DNA of 51,506 bases, the filler included, from Sphacelaria rigidula (Eukaryota), in the NCBI GenBank assembly GCA_964200075.2. It is 3 parts of 3 records of this genome, joined end to end, with 100 filler letters (N's around TTAATTAATTAA, not from the genome) between each part and the next. Parts side by side here need not be neighbours in the genome. Positions count along the whole stretch, not along the records: positions 1 to 17,105 come from CAXNAA020001168.1; positions 17,206 to 34,308 come from CAXNAA020001169.1; 1 more part is not named here. The stretch is one strand, 5' to 3'. Shown one piece after another: positions 12,480 through 22,699 of the stretch. The position numbers and the translations under genes were made by a program. Within the stretch, counting starts at the first letter, position 1; each line of letters begins with the position of its first letter. The notes under the pieces were generated by a model that ran no database searches, was not told the DNA's origin, and saw only the letters and a program-made list of their open reading frames with translations.

Positions 12480-13900
12480 CATCAATTGGATCCCCTGGGC
12501 GCAGCGGTTGTGCGGATTTTCACTGTAAAACAACCAACCGCTTTGTGACCGCCCTGAAGTGCATGTGATCACAGCGCCGAGATTAAAGTAGTATTCTCAT
12601 ACTTGACACAACGCCGGGCCACACGCACAAGCACGTTATATTGCCATATTCTTACACTGATACCCCCAGCAACATTGAAGGGAGAGGCTTCCACAAGGTC
12701 GCGTACACGTTGAGACCAAGTGTGCACAAAGCTGGACAACTCACTTCACCTGTCTGAGTTCGATTTCCAAGTACTCATAAGTTCGCCGGCTGCATAAAAA
12801 GCCGTCGTGGGCCGAAATCGTAGTTATCCTAGCGATTCGCAGCAGCCCTTAATGCAAGGATCATCAGATGTTTGTCCAAGCTTCACTTCACGAAGCACTG
12901 CTCTCGCAAATATCGTATCACGCAGAATCCGTAAGTGTCGACGTAATCAATGACCGCCACGGGCGTTCCGTGCGTTTTCAAGACCTGCGCTAAACGGGAG
13001 TCGTGCACCGTTCCATAACCTCCGGCCTAAAATAGTATTCACGAGGTTTTGCGCCAGCATGTAGAGCTTCCCAATCCGCTTTTTCCAGCATGTAGAGCTT
13101 CCCCGGCATGGCAACATCGTTCGCTGCGGCGGTACGAGGTGCATGTACGAAGTCCCCCTCCATAACTCTCCTCCCCGGCCGGAAAACGCAAGTCTGGGTC
13201 ATCACTAGACACATTTAAATGGCACAGACTGCTTAGCAACGCCAACAGTTCCGGCGGTGTATCATGCGCCAGTAAATGATTCATGAGGCGTATATTTCTG
13301 GATATGTCAGCTGCGCATTTTTCGGCCCTATCCTCGGACACGTTCCGCACTCCTTGTGCACGTTCGATGTCCACCCTCAATAAAACCGGCCGCTATGACC
13401 ACGTGCGTTCCTCTTCCGCCGACCCGGCCGCTGTCATCCGTTTGAGCTCAGATTCTACTGACGAACCACCCCCTGGCTTGGCATTTAGGTGGGAGACCGA
13501 ACGCTTCAGTTCGTGTACTCTGGCACGCATGTCGCGAAGTTCAACATCGGCCGCCACGGCTACCTCGGGCGCCACCGTGGAAGGCACGGGGTAGATGGAC
13601 TTCTGCCGTCCATCAGATGAAGTCCCATCAACCCCGCTTATCTTCTTCACCTTGGCGTTGACAGTGCCGACCGTCGCCATCGTATCGAAAATTCTCACCA
13701 CTTGCTTCCTGGCGCGCTTGTCGATAACAGCCTGGCCGTCTGCTTTGGTTCTGGGTTCTGTCAACCACGATTGAATGTCCTCCAGCCTCACGACGCGCCC
13801 CGCTTCTCAGGGCCCACGATTACTCCATGGGGTGCTTTTGCAACCACCTTCGACTCGGCAGGGCTAGGGGGAGAGTTGAACCAATAATCGCAGGTGTGAA
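12480..13900 (-). pseudogene. Decayed ORF of unknown function
   Basis: ORFs 13393-13791 and 13039-13380 share a frame and are separated by one stop. Further protein-like text follows downstream (VHDSRLAQVLKTHGTPVAVIDYVDTYGF..YLREQ) with stops. Confidence 0.5.
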
Positions 13901-14026
13901 ACAACGCGGACCCAGGGACTTCATCTCCCGGCTATCGCTCCTAACCCTCCGCCAACCTGTGCTTTTTTACAAGTGCGCAATCAACACAGGCGAGTGACGC
14001 CTCCGAGGCAGTGAGCAGTACACTTA

Positions 14027-14504
14027 AGCCGCTCCTTATAACAGACAAAAATAAAAATCTGGAAAAGTGCCTTTTTGGAGCTTTTACGTCGTTTTACGCC
14101 CCAAGAGAGAGCTAGGCGGAGGTTGACACCGTGGAATGACTTGCTCTACTAGTTGAGGCGATTCCAGGACATCTTCCCGTTTCCCGGTGGCCGCGGTTTT
14201 TATTTTGGCCATACAAGAACTTTTGTCCAAGAGCAGTAAAAAACAGTCAAATCTAGAAGAAATCGCCACTTTCCTCTGGACTTGACTGTTTTTCACCGTT
14301 CTTCGACAAAAATTCTTGTTCGGCCAAAATGAAAACCGCGGCCACCGGGAAACGGGAAGATGTCCTGGACCCGCCTCAACTAGTAGAGCACATCATTCCA
14401 AGGTGTCAAACTCCGCCTAGCTCTCTCTTGGGCGTAACACGACGTAAAAGCTCCAAAAAGGCACTTTTCCAGATTTTTGTTTTTGTCTGTCATAAGGAGC
14501 CGCC
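14027..14504. mobile_element. 478-bp foldback MITE, PIF/Harbinger (Tourist)-like
   Basis: The element is an inverted repeat along its whole length (arms about 235 bp). TIR GGCGGCTCCTTAT; 3-bp TTA duplicated at 14024-26 and 14505-07. Confidence 0.85.
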
Positions 14505-15898
14505 TTACTGGGTCTTTTCCGTCCGACGGGGTGCTTAGCCCCTTTCGCGCTGCGCCCCCCTACGCCGGCGTGACCCCCGGCGATGTCCCTTACATTTTCC
14601 ACCGACATTGAACGTTCGGAGTGTGTCGGTCGACATCTACTTTCAACCGTGGATGTGGCGTGTCTCGGGCGGGATAACGGCTACGGTGGAGCAGGCGCTT
14701 CACTACCTGTCCGGAGGATACGTCACAACATCATATGGTCACACATGTGTCACCCGTCTGGTCTTTTGATTTTGCGAGCGTGGGAGTCGGGATTTCATGT
14801 GAACAGATCTTATGCTCAACCGTTGGCGTCTTCAATTTTGTTCAACACCCACAATCATCAGCGGAAACAAGGGGAAAGTAGGCAGGTGCGTGCGATTCTC
14901 AACAAATCTACTTCGCACGGTATTGCTGCATCAGGGGTGTTGTGGCCTTCTCACTTCGAGATCGATTGTGGTGCCATATACCACGTTTGGACTGCCCAGA
15001 CCGGAGTCTCAGAGGAACCTGAGACGTTGCATCCCAACTGTAAGTCTTGGGGATCTTCCACATCCACGGTTAGCAAATTTACGGAGGGGCGGGTGCGCGT
15101 GGGATTGTATGTCAATGCTTTTTATCCCAAGTGTCTTCCACCGTGTGGTTGTCATGCTGTGGCGTCCAACGAGAACGGAGTTTTGGTCGCCACGCAATCG
15201 TATCTCATGCTCGCCACATACAATCCCCGCACTTGTTTACCGCTTAGCTTTACGACTCGCAATCTGTGTCCACGTTAACTCCGTTCATCTCAGTCCACGT
15301 AGGGGGTCATTGGCACCCGGGTGAAGGTTCCCAATATGCGTTCGTTGCGCAGAAAAGGGCAAAATGTGTGATTAGTACCTTCTATCATGGAGCATACAAG
15401 CTAGCACTTGCTGTCTTGTTAGTATTGGGAAGGAATGAGACCTCCTGCCGCTGCGGCAAGTGCCCTCACGGTTGAGAGGACCCTCGTGCTCTCCAGCTTA
15501 CTTTGGATCAGCTTGAGAGTGCGAGACTGCGAGACTCAACCTTTGCGTGCTTGCTTCTTGCAGATTCTGCTGGGGTGGGCTGATGGCCGAAATCCGCTAT
15601 CGTACTTTTCTCACTCCAGGGCTGGTAATCTCGCTACCCCTGTCAACAACGGTGTGACATCTTTTGGGGACATTCAGTACTCTGTGTACGTTACTTCAGT
15701 TATTTCCCCTATCCTGACACCGCCATGTCGGAATGAAAACCGCAATACCTGCTATCAGGCCAGCGGAAAGTACTGCAGTATATTCCACCTAGTGCTTCAC
15801 GCGTGGCCACTGGGGTCAGGTTACACGACCTTGCAGGGCACCTTGCGCAATCTAGGCCGGCAACCTAGGTTATCCACATTTGGCAACGGTAGGGTTCC

Positions 15899-16035
15899 GC
15901 AACGTGGGTGCATACCATGTTGCACGAGGTCCCGTTTTCGACCTTGCACACGGTCCCGCAACGTTGAGGTTGTGCAGCGTGGTTGCATACCACGTTGCTC
16001 AAGGTTCCGTTGTTGACCTTGCACAGGATACCACA
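15899..16035. repeat. Two diverged copies of a 75-bp-period repeat
   Basis: GCA(A/G)CGTGG(G/T)TGCATACCA(T/C)GTTGC...GACCTTGCACA at 15899 and 15974. Confidence 0.75.
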
Positions 16036-17105
16036 TTTCGACACGTCATAGCGTCTCAAAGACGTTGGACTCAATAATAAGAATCTTTGGTTGCACTTGG
16101 GTATGTGATGTATACTTCCCCTCTTCGGATCACATGATACTGCCGCTTCAAGGACACAACACCGGCAAACGGTTACCCCCCAAAATAACAAGTGACAGAT
16201 GCTGGGCTAAGAACGAGCCTGTGCAGGGAAACGTACCCTACTCGCTGATGAGTAGTACTGCCAACAAGTCGCGATCCGTTTTTAAGACCATGCACCCTTT
16301 CAAGCCATTGAGAAATCACGTGTGTGATGCCTCCGGCATACATGTACATGTATCATTCCACAATTTTCATCACTTTTGCCGAGTTTTCTGTGGCGGCAAG
16401 GCATTTTTTCCCGCGCTTGTTTTTGCAGCGCACTAAGAAGGCTCAGCGGTACATTACCGTTCAGGTTTGGGTGTCATCTGATACCTGTGGCGCGTGTTCT
16501 GGCCACCGAGAGTCGCTCAAACTGGCTCTTTTTCGCGGGCTGCCGATCCCGAACCACAAAACCCTTTTCAAAATCATGGAAGACTTGGAACAGGAACCCG
16601 AACCACAAAGCTTGTTGAAGATCATGCAAAACTTCAAACAGGATTACTTTTGGCGAGGTATTTTTTCCCCGTGTTTCTCTTTGTCGCGTTCTCGTTCATC
16701 TGGGAGCACGAACACACCGGTTATGCCGCCTATGTCACGAGAACATGAGAGCAAAGCAGTTGAAAAAAAATTGAACATTGCCTTGGCCTTAGTCACCAGC
16801 AAACACAAGACGGTGCAATGGGCCGTTGGCGTGTTGAACAAGATACAGCAGCACGGCAGCACAGGAATGTTTTGCCCCAAAAAACAATCACCCTGTTTGA
16901 AGAAAAGGCCCGGTGATGTGGAAGCCACAGTTATGTACAAAGAACATGCCAATAATGTTCCACGCATTCCGACTTTCTCGGGATGTGCCTCCCGCTGTCA
17001 TGTCTTTGTGGCACGAGAGCTACTTCGCACTTTGGCACCTCGGGAATACCACACATGTCCTACGCGGCGGTTCCGCCGTCGGCCTCCGTCCGAATTCCCA
17101 TATTT

Positions 17106-17205
17106 NNNNNNNNNNNNNNNNNNNNNNNNNNNNNNNNNNNNNNNNNNNNTTAATTAATTAANNNNNNNNNNNNNNNNNNNNNNNNNNNNNNNNNNNNNNN
17201 NNNNN
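17106..17205. other. Scaffold gap with an artificial linker
   Basis: N run containing TTAATTAATTAA (17150-17161), which places stops in all six frames. Confidence 0.95.
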
Positions 17206-17368
17206 ACGGGATGTTGTATGTTCCCGTTCGAGGTGTCACAAAATCACTTTTACAAAAGTGATTTTTTGGCACTTTTTGGAGGGGGTGGTATCGCAGCAAC
17301 CAATCATCGGTCGTTTTTTACAAAAGTGATATCTTGAAAAGTGATATCACTTCTGATAAGACCCCGCC
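17206..17368. mobile_element. Right end of a Harbinger-like element (remainder lies in the gap)
   Basis: Repeated AAAAGTGAT motifs ending ATAAGACCCCGCC|TAA. The reverse complement GGCGGGGTCTTAT resembles the TIR of 14027-14504. Confidence 0.45.
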
Positions 17369-17815
17369 TAACCAGTGAAATGATAAATAATGGTTTGGTC
17401 ACCGCGAGCCAAAAAGCCCCCCCCGCCCGGAGGGCCCCACTGGAGGCGCCGTGCCGAAGGCACGTTTTTACACGATTTGGCTTTACTAAAGGTAAAAAGT
17501 AAGTTAAAATTGGGCCAATTTTCAAGGGCTGTACGTAGCATACCAGTGCTATTCCTTTTCCGTGTTATGGAGGCGGTGTTTTGGCAGCTCAGACCACTTT
17601 GTATGGCAACCATTCCATATTTGAACAAACATGAGGATTTCAGCCCGTTTCAATCCGATTTTCCCCCGTGGATTGATTTTTGGCACCCCAGCCCGTTGGG
17701 CAATGTTTTTCGCTCATCTCTGAGGAAATCAGATCAATTCTCCGATTCTCTGGGCGCTGACTCTTGGTTCATCACCTCTCTGCTCAGATAGGGAGACTCC
17801 CGCATCCTCCTGTAT

Positions 17816-17850
17816 CTAACCCTAACCCCAAACCCTAACCCTAACCCTAA
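17816..17850. repeat. Interstitial telomere-like (CCCTAA)n tract
   Basis: CTAACCCTAACCCCAAACCCTAACCCTAACCCTAA, about six units with one variant. Confidence 0.85.
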
Positions 17851-18339
17851 GAAGTGCGAAGAAAATGAAATGAAGGAACATTTTTTTTTTTAATCGTGAG
17901 TATGAAACTTCCACTGCCCACCTTGTCCTGTCCTCATGCTGCAAGGCGCGCCTCGCGAGGAGATACTGCCACAATGCCCCGACAAGGACGCGAGTAAGGT
18001 GCATACAGCGCGCCTAAATTGCGCTAAAAGAGCTTCGCCGGTTTTTGAATGAGGAGAAAAAACTTCTAACCGCACGCATGAAAAATAACTGGCGTTATGG
18101 GTACTAAAAGAAAAGCTGAATTTCGACGCATATAAAACTTGAGCCTATCAGACATACACTGCATGAAAAAATAATGCAGAGTGTGAAATAACGAGTAGAA
18201 GGAATACGATCCACCCCCCAACCTCGAAGGGTTCGGGGGTGGAGGATGGGCCACTATGCGGCACAGCACCAGCCGTAACTGGTGGCACATTTCAGGGTAG
18301 TGTTGAGCCATGCTCAAAACACAACGTAAAACAAGACGC

Positions 18340-20050
18340 CCTTGCCACTCAAACACAACATACCCCGGTACTATGACCGCGCTAAGAGAAGAAAAGCCCA
18401 GCTGGGCAACAGAAGCAGGGGTCGCCGCAGCAGACAATGGCGCAGCCGGAGCGATGCCAGCGTCCACGAAGTGGGACAGGGGTTTCTCGTACGCTGCAAG
18501 AAGCTTGGTGAGCAGCGCAGAGCTCTGCGCCGTACCCTGGGGTATGAACTCCAGCTGAGCGCGAAGGTCGTCTATCGCGGTGTCCTTCCGGGTCTGAGCC
18601 TCCACCTCATGTGCCCTGGCGGCGACCTCTGCGTCTAGGCGCTGCTTCGCGGCAACAGACGCCGACAGAGATTCCATGTCCGTCACCAGTTTTTTCACGT
18701 AGCCCATTCGGTTTGCTGAATTTTCTGTTTGGCGGCCTCTCTGGCGGCATCGGCATGCACCGCTGCGATTTCACGTTTCACTTTGGCTCGGCTTTCGATT
18801 CTGCCGGCACCGACAAACGTTCGAATGGCCGTTGAGCCAAGGTTGCCGCCGAACCCAGCCCCGATACAGCCTAGCTCGTTCCCTGCGTCGTTGTCGTCGC
18901 CGTTGATGATGCCTGGTTGCGTTTTAGCCTTCCGCTTTCCCGGCCGCTTTTGAGAGCCGCTTGTGCGCCTGGCGGCGTCCAGGTTGGTGTCCTCGCTCGG
19001 GCTGGGCCTCCGGACAAAACAGTACGTGAACAGGTACTGGTGCGTCCACTTCGTGGGCCGTGCCGGATACTGTTCGGGATCTCCGCCGAGATCGGCAGCA
19101 CAACCATCGCTGTCGTCGGTCCCAACACCGTCTTCTGACTTATTCTCGATGACGTCGCCCCCACCCTCCATTTCATCTGCCGCATGTTGCTGCTTCTCGG
19201 CTTGCCCCGCCGTCGTCCTCCTGCCAAAGTCCCCCTTTATCGTCCTGCTCGTCCGTCGGTGCCCCTACCCCGCCCGCCCCATTCCTTGCTATTCCACCGC
19301 CGCTAGAAGGCGCCTCCTCGACGAGTTCATCTTCCCCTACCGGCCTTTCTGCGGAGGCGGCTGTTTTTGCGTAAAGTCCGTCGATCAGGTAGGGTCTGCC
19401 CCGACGGCAGCTTCCCTCCCGGTTGGCCCTTTACGTACCTGTGCGGGCCGAAGGGGGGCAGGAGGGGGTGATGGCGCGCGCGCTACTGTGGGATTCAAAT
19501 CACTCGACCGTTGTGAAAGTAGATGGATTTGTGAACGTAGCTATTTTGGTAGGCTGCTCTCCGGTGCTGCGTTTGCAAGTGTCATGGCCACTGCTTTTTG
19601 TTTCGTCCAACATTGTACAACAGACAGCGTGAAGTCATTTCAAAATTGTCGCCGAAGAATAAAGATGAAACTACTGTGGTTCACTTCTGTTGTGATTGAG
19701 TGATGCACTGGCATAACGGCTTGGTTCGTTCAGATTATTCGATCGCAGGCTCACGCCCGCACCCTGCAAGTGGTGCATCACACCATGATGATCTCCGAAG
19801 ATGTCGGTACCCTAGCGCGGGACCCCCTCCTGGGTAAACGCTGTCATGTTCAAAAAATAATTATACACTCCTGGGGTCAAAGGATCAGAGCGCGTTGCTG
19901 TAAAACATCCCACCCAACATACCTCTCCCAAATTGGGTTGTAGTCCCGCTTCATCTCGCGCATTACCAAGTCGAAACGAGCCCTCAGCGTTTTCCCGTCA
20001 GCGAAGGGAATCTGGACTGCACCGCAGGAAACAAAGCAACCGGGCAGTTG
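18340..20050 (-). pseudogene. Decayed, probably intron-containing gene resembling a DNA-transposon accessory protein
   Basis: Segment GKTLRARFDLVMREMKRDYNPIWER ends at a GT donor. Then an acidic linker with PTKWTHQYLFTYCF, and a frameshift into a coiled-coil-like tail (KKLVTDMESLSASVAAKQRLDAEVAARAHEVEAQTRKDTAIDDLRAQLEF). Confidence 0.45.
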
Positions 20051-20068
20051 ACCGTCAGGTTTCGTATA

Positions 20069-20969
20069 CAGTGGGAGGCTCTCAGTAGTGCCGGTATGTG
20101 CCCACGACGGACACCGGCACTACTCAAAGAGCCCGGCACTACTCTGAAAAGTGCCAAAACAGGTGCAATTGAGGGCTCTAAATACCTCAGTAGTGCCGGT
20201 TCTGGCACTACTGACGACCGTCCGTTCGTACAGTGCTACGCTTGCCCTTCGTGGGACCAATGGAAGACAAAACGGACGAGGACCTTTGTTTCAAGGGGTT
20301 TCCATAGGATACGTCACGTAAGGTTTCGGGGTAGCAGAACTCAACCCGATGTTTTTTTGTTCTTCACATTGAATTTGATTGATCCTGTTCACAGGTTGAT
20401 CATTTCCTTCCCTACTAGCACAACAGCAGCAGTACGGCCACAAAATTTGCTCATGCCGAAGGACCTTCCCTCAAGAAAAACAAAGACGCGCCTCCACTCT
20501 CTGTTTTCGCGCGTTTGCTTGTAGACTGCCCCGATCCAGCACTCTCGGATGAAAGCTTTGTGCGCTTGCCCTTTTTTTGAAGGCACTTGCTGCAGATGCG
20601 GTGCATTTCGTTGTCGCCAAACATGCTGCCGCAAATACCGTGGAGCTTCCCGCCACATGTCCCCTGGCAACCGTGGCGATGACGGCCTTCTGGCGTCGTG
20701 GCCTGCACCAGGCACAGTTCACCCTCCGCACAAGGCATGTTGTGTCCCTACGTTACAAGGTCTGCACCAACACGTACCCTGCTGTACCTCTACTGGTGCT
20801 TAGTTGGTGGGGGGTAAGGCTTGCGTGAGTGTGTCCGAAACTGGCACTGTTGAGGGTACAAAACCGTTCAAATCGGCACTACTGCAAGCTCTGGCTTTCC
20901 CCTGAGATTTTACCGGCATTATATAGGTCGTTGGCACTGTTCAACCGGCACTACTGAGAGCCCCCACTG
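20069..20969. mobile_element. 901-bp non-autonomous Tc1/mariner-pogo-type element
   Basis: TIRs CAGTGGG(A)GGCTCTCAGTAGTGCCGG / CCGGCACTACTGAGAGCCCCCACTG, TA on both flanks, and multiple subterminal GGCACTACT motifs. Confidence 0.9.
20451..20738 (-). CDS. Short Cys/His-rich (zinc-finger-like) ORF inside the pogo-type element, probably a truncated transposase N-terminus
   Basis: MPCAEGELC..HRHGCQGTCGGKLHGICG..HRICSKC followed by basic KKGKRTK and KRAK stretches. No DDE domain. Confidence 0.5.
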   Translation of the reverse strand: MPCAEGELCLVQATTPEGRHRHGCQGTCGGKLHGICGSMFGDNEMHRICSKCLQKKGKRTKLSSESAGSGQSTSKRAKTESGGASLFFLREGPSA

Positions 20970-21609
20970 TATATTTCAAATACTGCGCTTGCACGGCGAC
21001 AGCACCAGCGAATCAACGTTACTAAACGCAGCAGCAACTGCACCGACGGCCGTTATAGTCTGCAACAGGTAGGTTGTTCTATTAGTACGCCACACGGGCG
21101 ATGGATCTTGAACTGTAATACTAAGCGGAGCACGTAGGCTGAGCGGCGGGCACGGCGCACCGCTGGTGCTATGCTCTGGCACTACCTGTAAGTTTTGTGT
21201 TGACATTTTTTAGAGGCGACTCAAAATCGTGCTGCAACATGTACAGCAGCACTTCGACAGCGAAGCAACATCAGACAGGCACAAACTTCGTGAGTACCCT
21301 GCGCGGCCAGTTGATATCAAACTGTGAGATGCATGCTGCCCGGCGGGTAGGCTGCGCGACGATCTTGGCGTCCACCGTTGCTGCTGTACTGTCACGACAC
21401 GCTTTGCTCCCGCATTGGAATTATTGAGAGGCGATTCCAAATCGCGCTTCAACATCAGACAGCCACGAACTCTGTGAGTAAGCTGCTCAGCCGGAGAATC
21501 TCGAGCTGCAGTGTGTCTGCTGCGCTGTGCGTACGCTGCGCGGCGGTGATGAGACAATCCCCACCTGCGACCCCCCCCCCGCCCCCCGCCCTCTGCGCGT
21601 GTGTGTGAA

Positions 21610-22329
21610 CGCTCCTCTACCCAAAAGACCACTACGCACGGTGGCTGCAGACAGTACAGTAACGCTACATGCACACGGTGAATCTTGATCATGTGATGTA
21701 CACGGCCCACGTACAGATCAGCTTAGGCCTCCTCCTGGACCATGATGCCAACAGTCAGAAACAACTGTTGAAGCACATGCAAAACGAAAGGACTACTACG
21801 CACGGTGGCTGCAGACAGTACAGCAACGCTACACGCACATGATGAATCTTGATAACGTGATGGTGCCTGCCGCTGCCGTACACGGCCTACGCACAGAGCA
21901 GCTTCGATCTCATCCTGGACGACGATGCAAACAGCCAAAAGCAACTCGTGAAACACATGCAGAACGTGTGCATCATGTATGCATGCCTGGTGGTGAAGCG
22001 CAACGCCGTTGTAGGCACCGACGCCAAGCACAAAGCTGTCGCTCGACCGTACAGAGACATCACCGTTCCAGGCTTCTTCCGATGGACACGGGACAACAAG
22101 ATCGTGATTCCGGCATGGATGACTTGACAACGCTACAAGCACATAATGTGTTTCACGAGTTGCTTTTGGCTGTTTGCATCGTCGTCCAGGATGAGATCGA
22201 AGCTGCTCTGTGCGCAGGCCGTGTACGGCAGCGGCAGGCACATCACGTTGTCAAGATTCATTGTACTCGTGTAGCGTTGCTGTACTGTCTGCGGCCGCCG
22301 TGTGTATCAGTCCTTTGTGTAGAGGAACG
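21610..22329. repeat. Direct duplication plus inverted duplication of a protein-like segment
   Basis: CTACGCACGGTGGCTGCAGACAGTACAG at 21632 and 21796 (period 164). Segment 21787-21958 is inverted at 22146-22316. Confidence 0.9.
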
Positions 22330-22699
22330 GTCTGTCTACTGTGCGCTGGGTCTCCAAAGCGCGCACAATCTTTAAAAATCGTAGCCTGCACGCCTCCCCA
22401 AAACGATCCCAACTGCTTTTCCTATTTTGATAACGGCTGCATCAAATAATAAGCCCTGCTTGAAAAATTCCCTCTGAAAAACGCTTTGTTGAAAGACGCC
22501 TTTTTTGATGGCGTGTTTTTTTATTCCGTTTTCACACGGTGAAGTTGGTTTCTGCTGCGGGTAAAAATTCGACCAGGAGGTTTTTTACGTCGTGGTTCTT
22601 GCGATATTTTTTTTGCGTCGTGGTTCGTGCGATATTTGTTTTGCTAGATTTTTTCAGTCTAAAACCCTGATCGATTTCGTTTTGAGGGGGATAACTTCG

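Noticed and set aside
17150..17161. TTAATTAATTAA inside N runs (also 34353-34364)
   Set aside because: An identical six-frame-stop linker in both gaps is an assembly artefact. Adjacency across the gaps is therefore uncertain.
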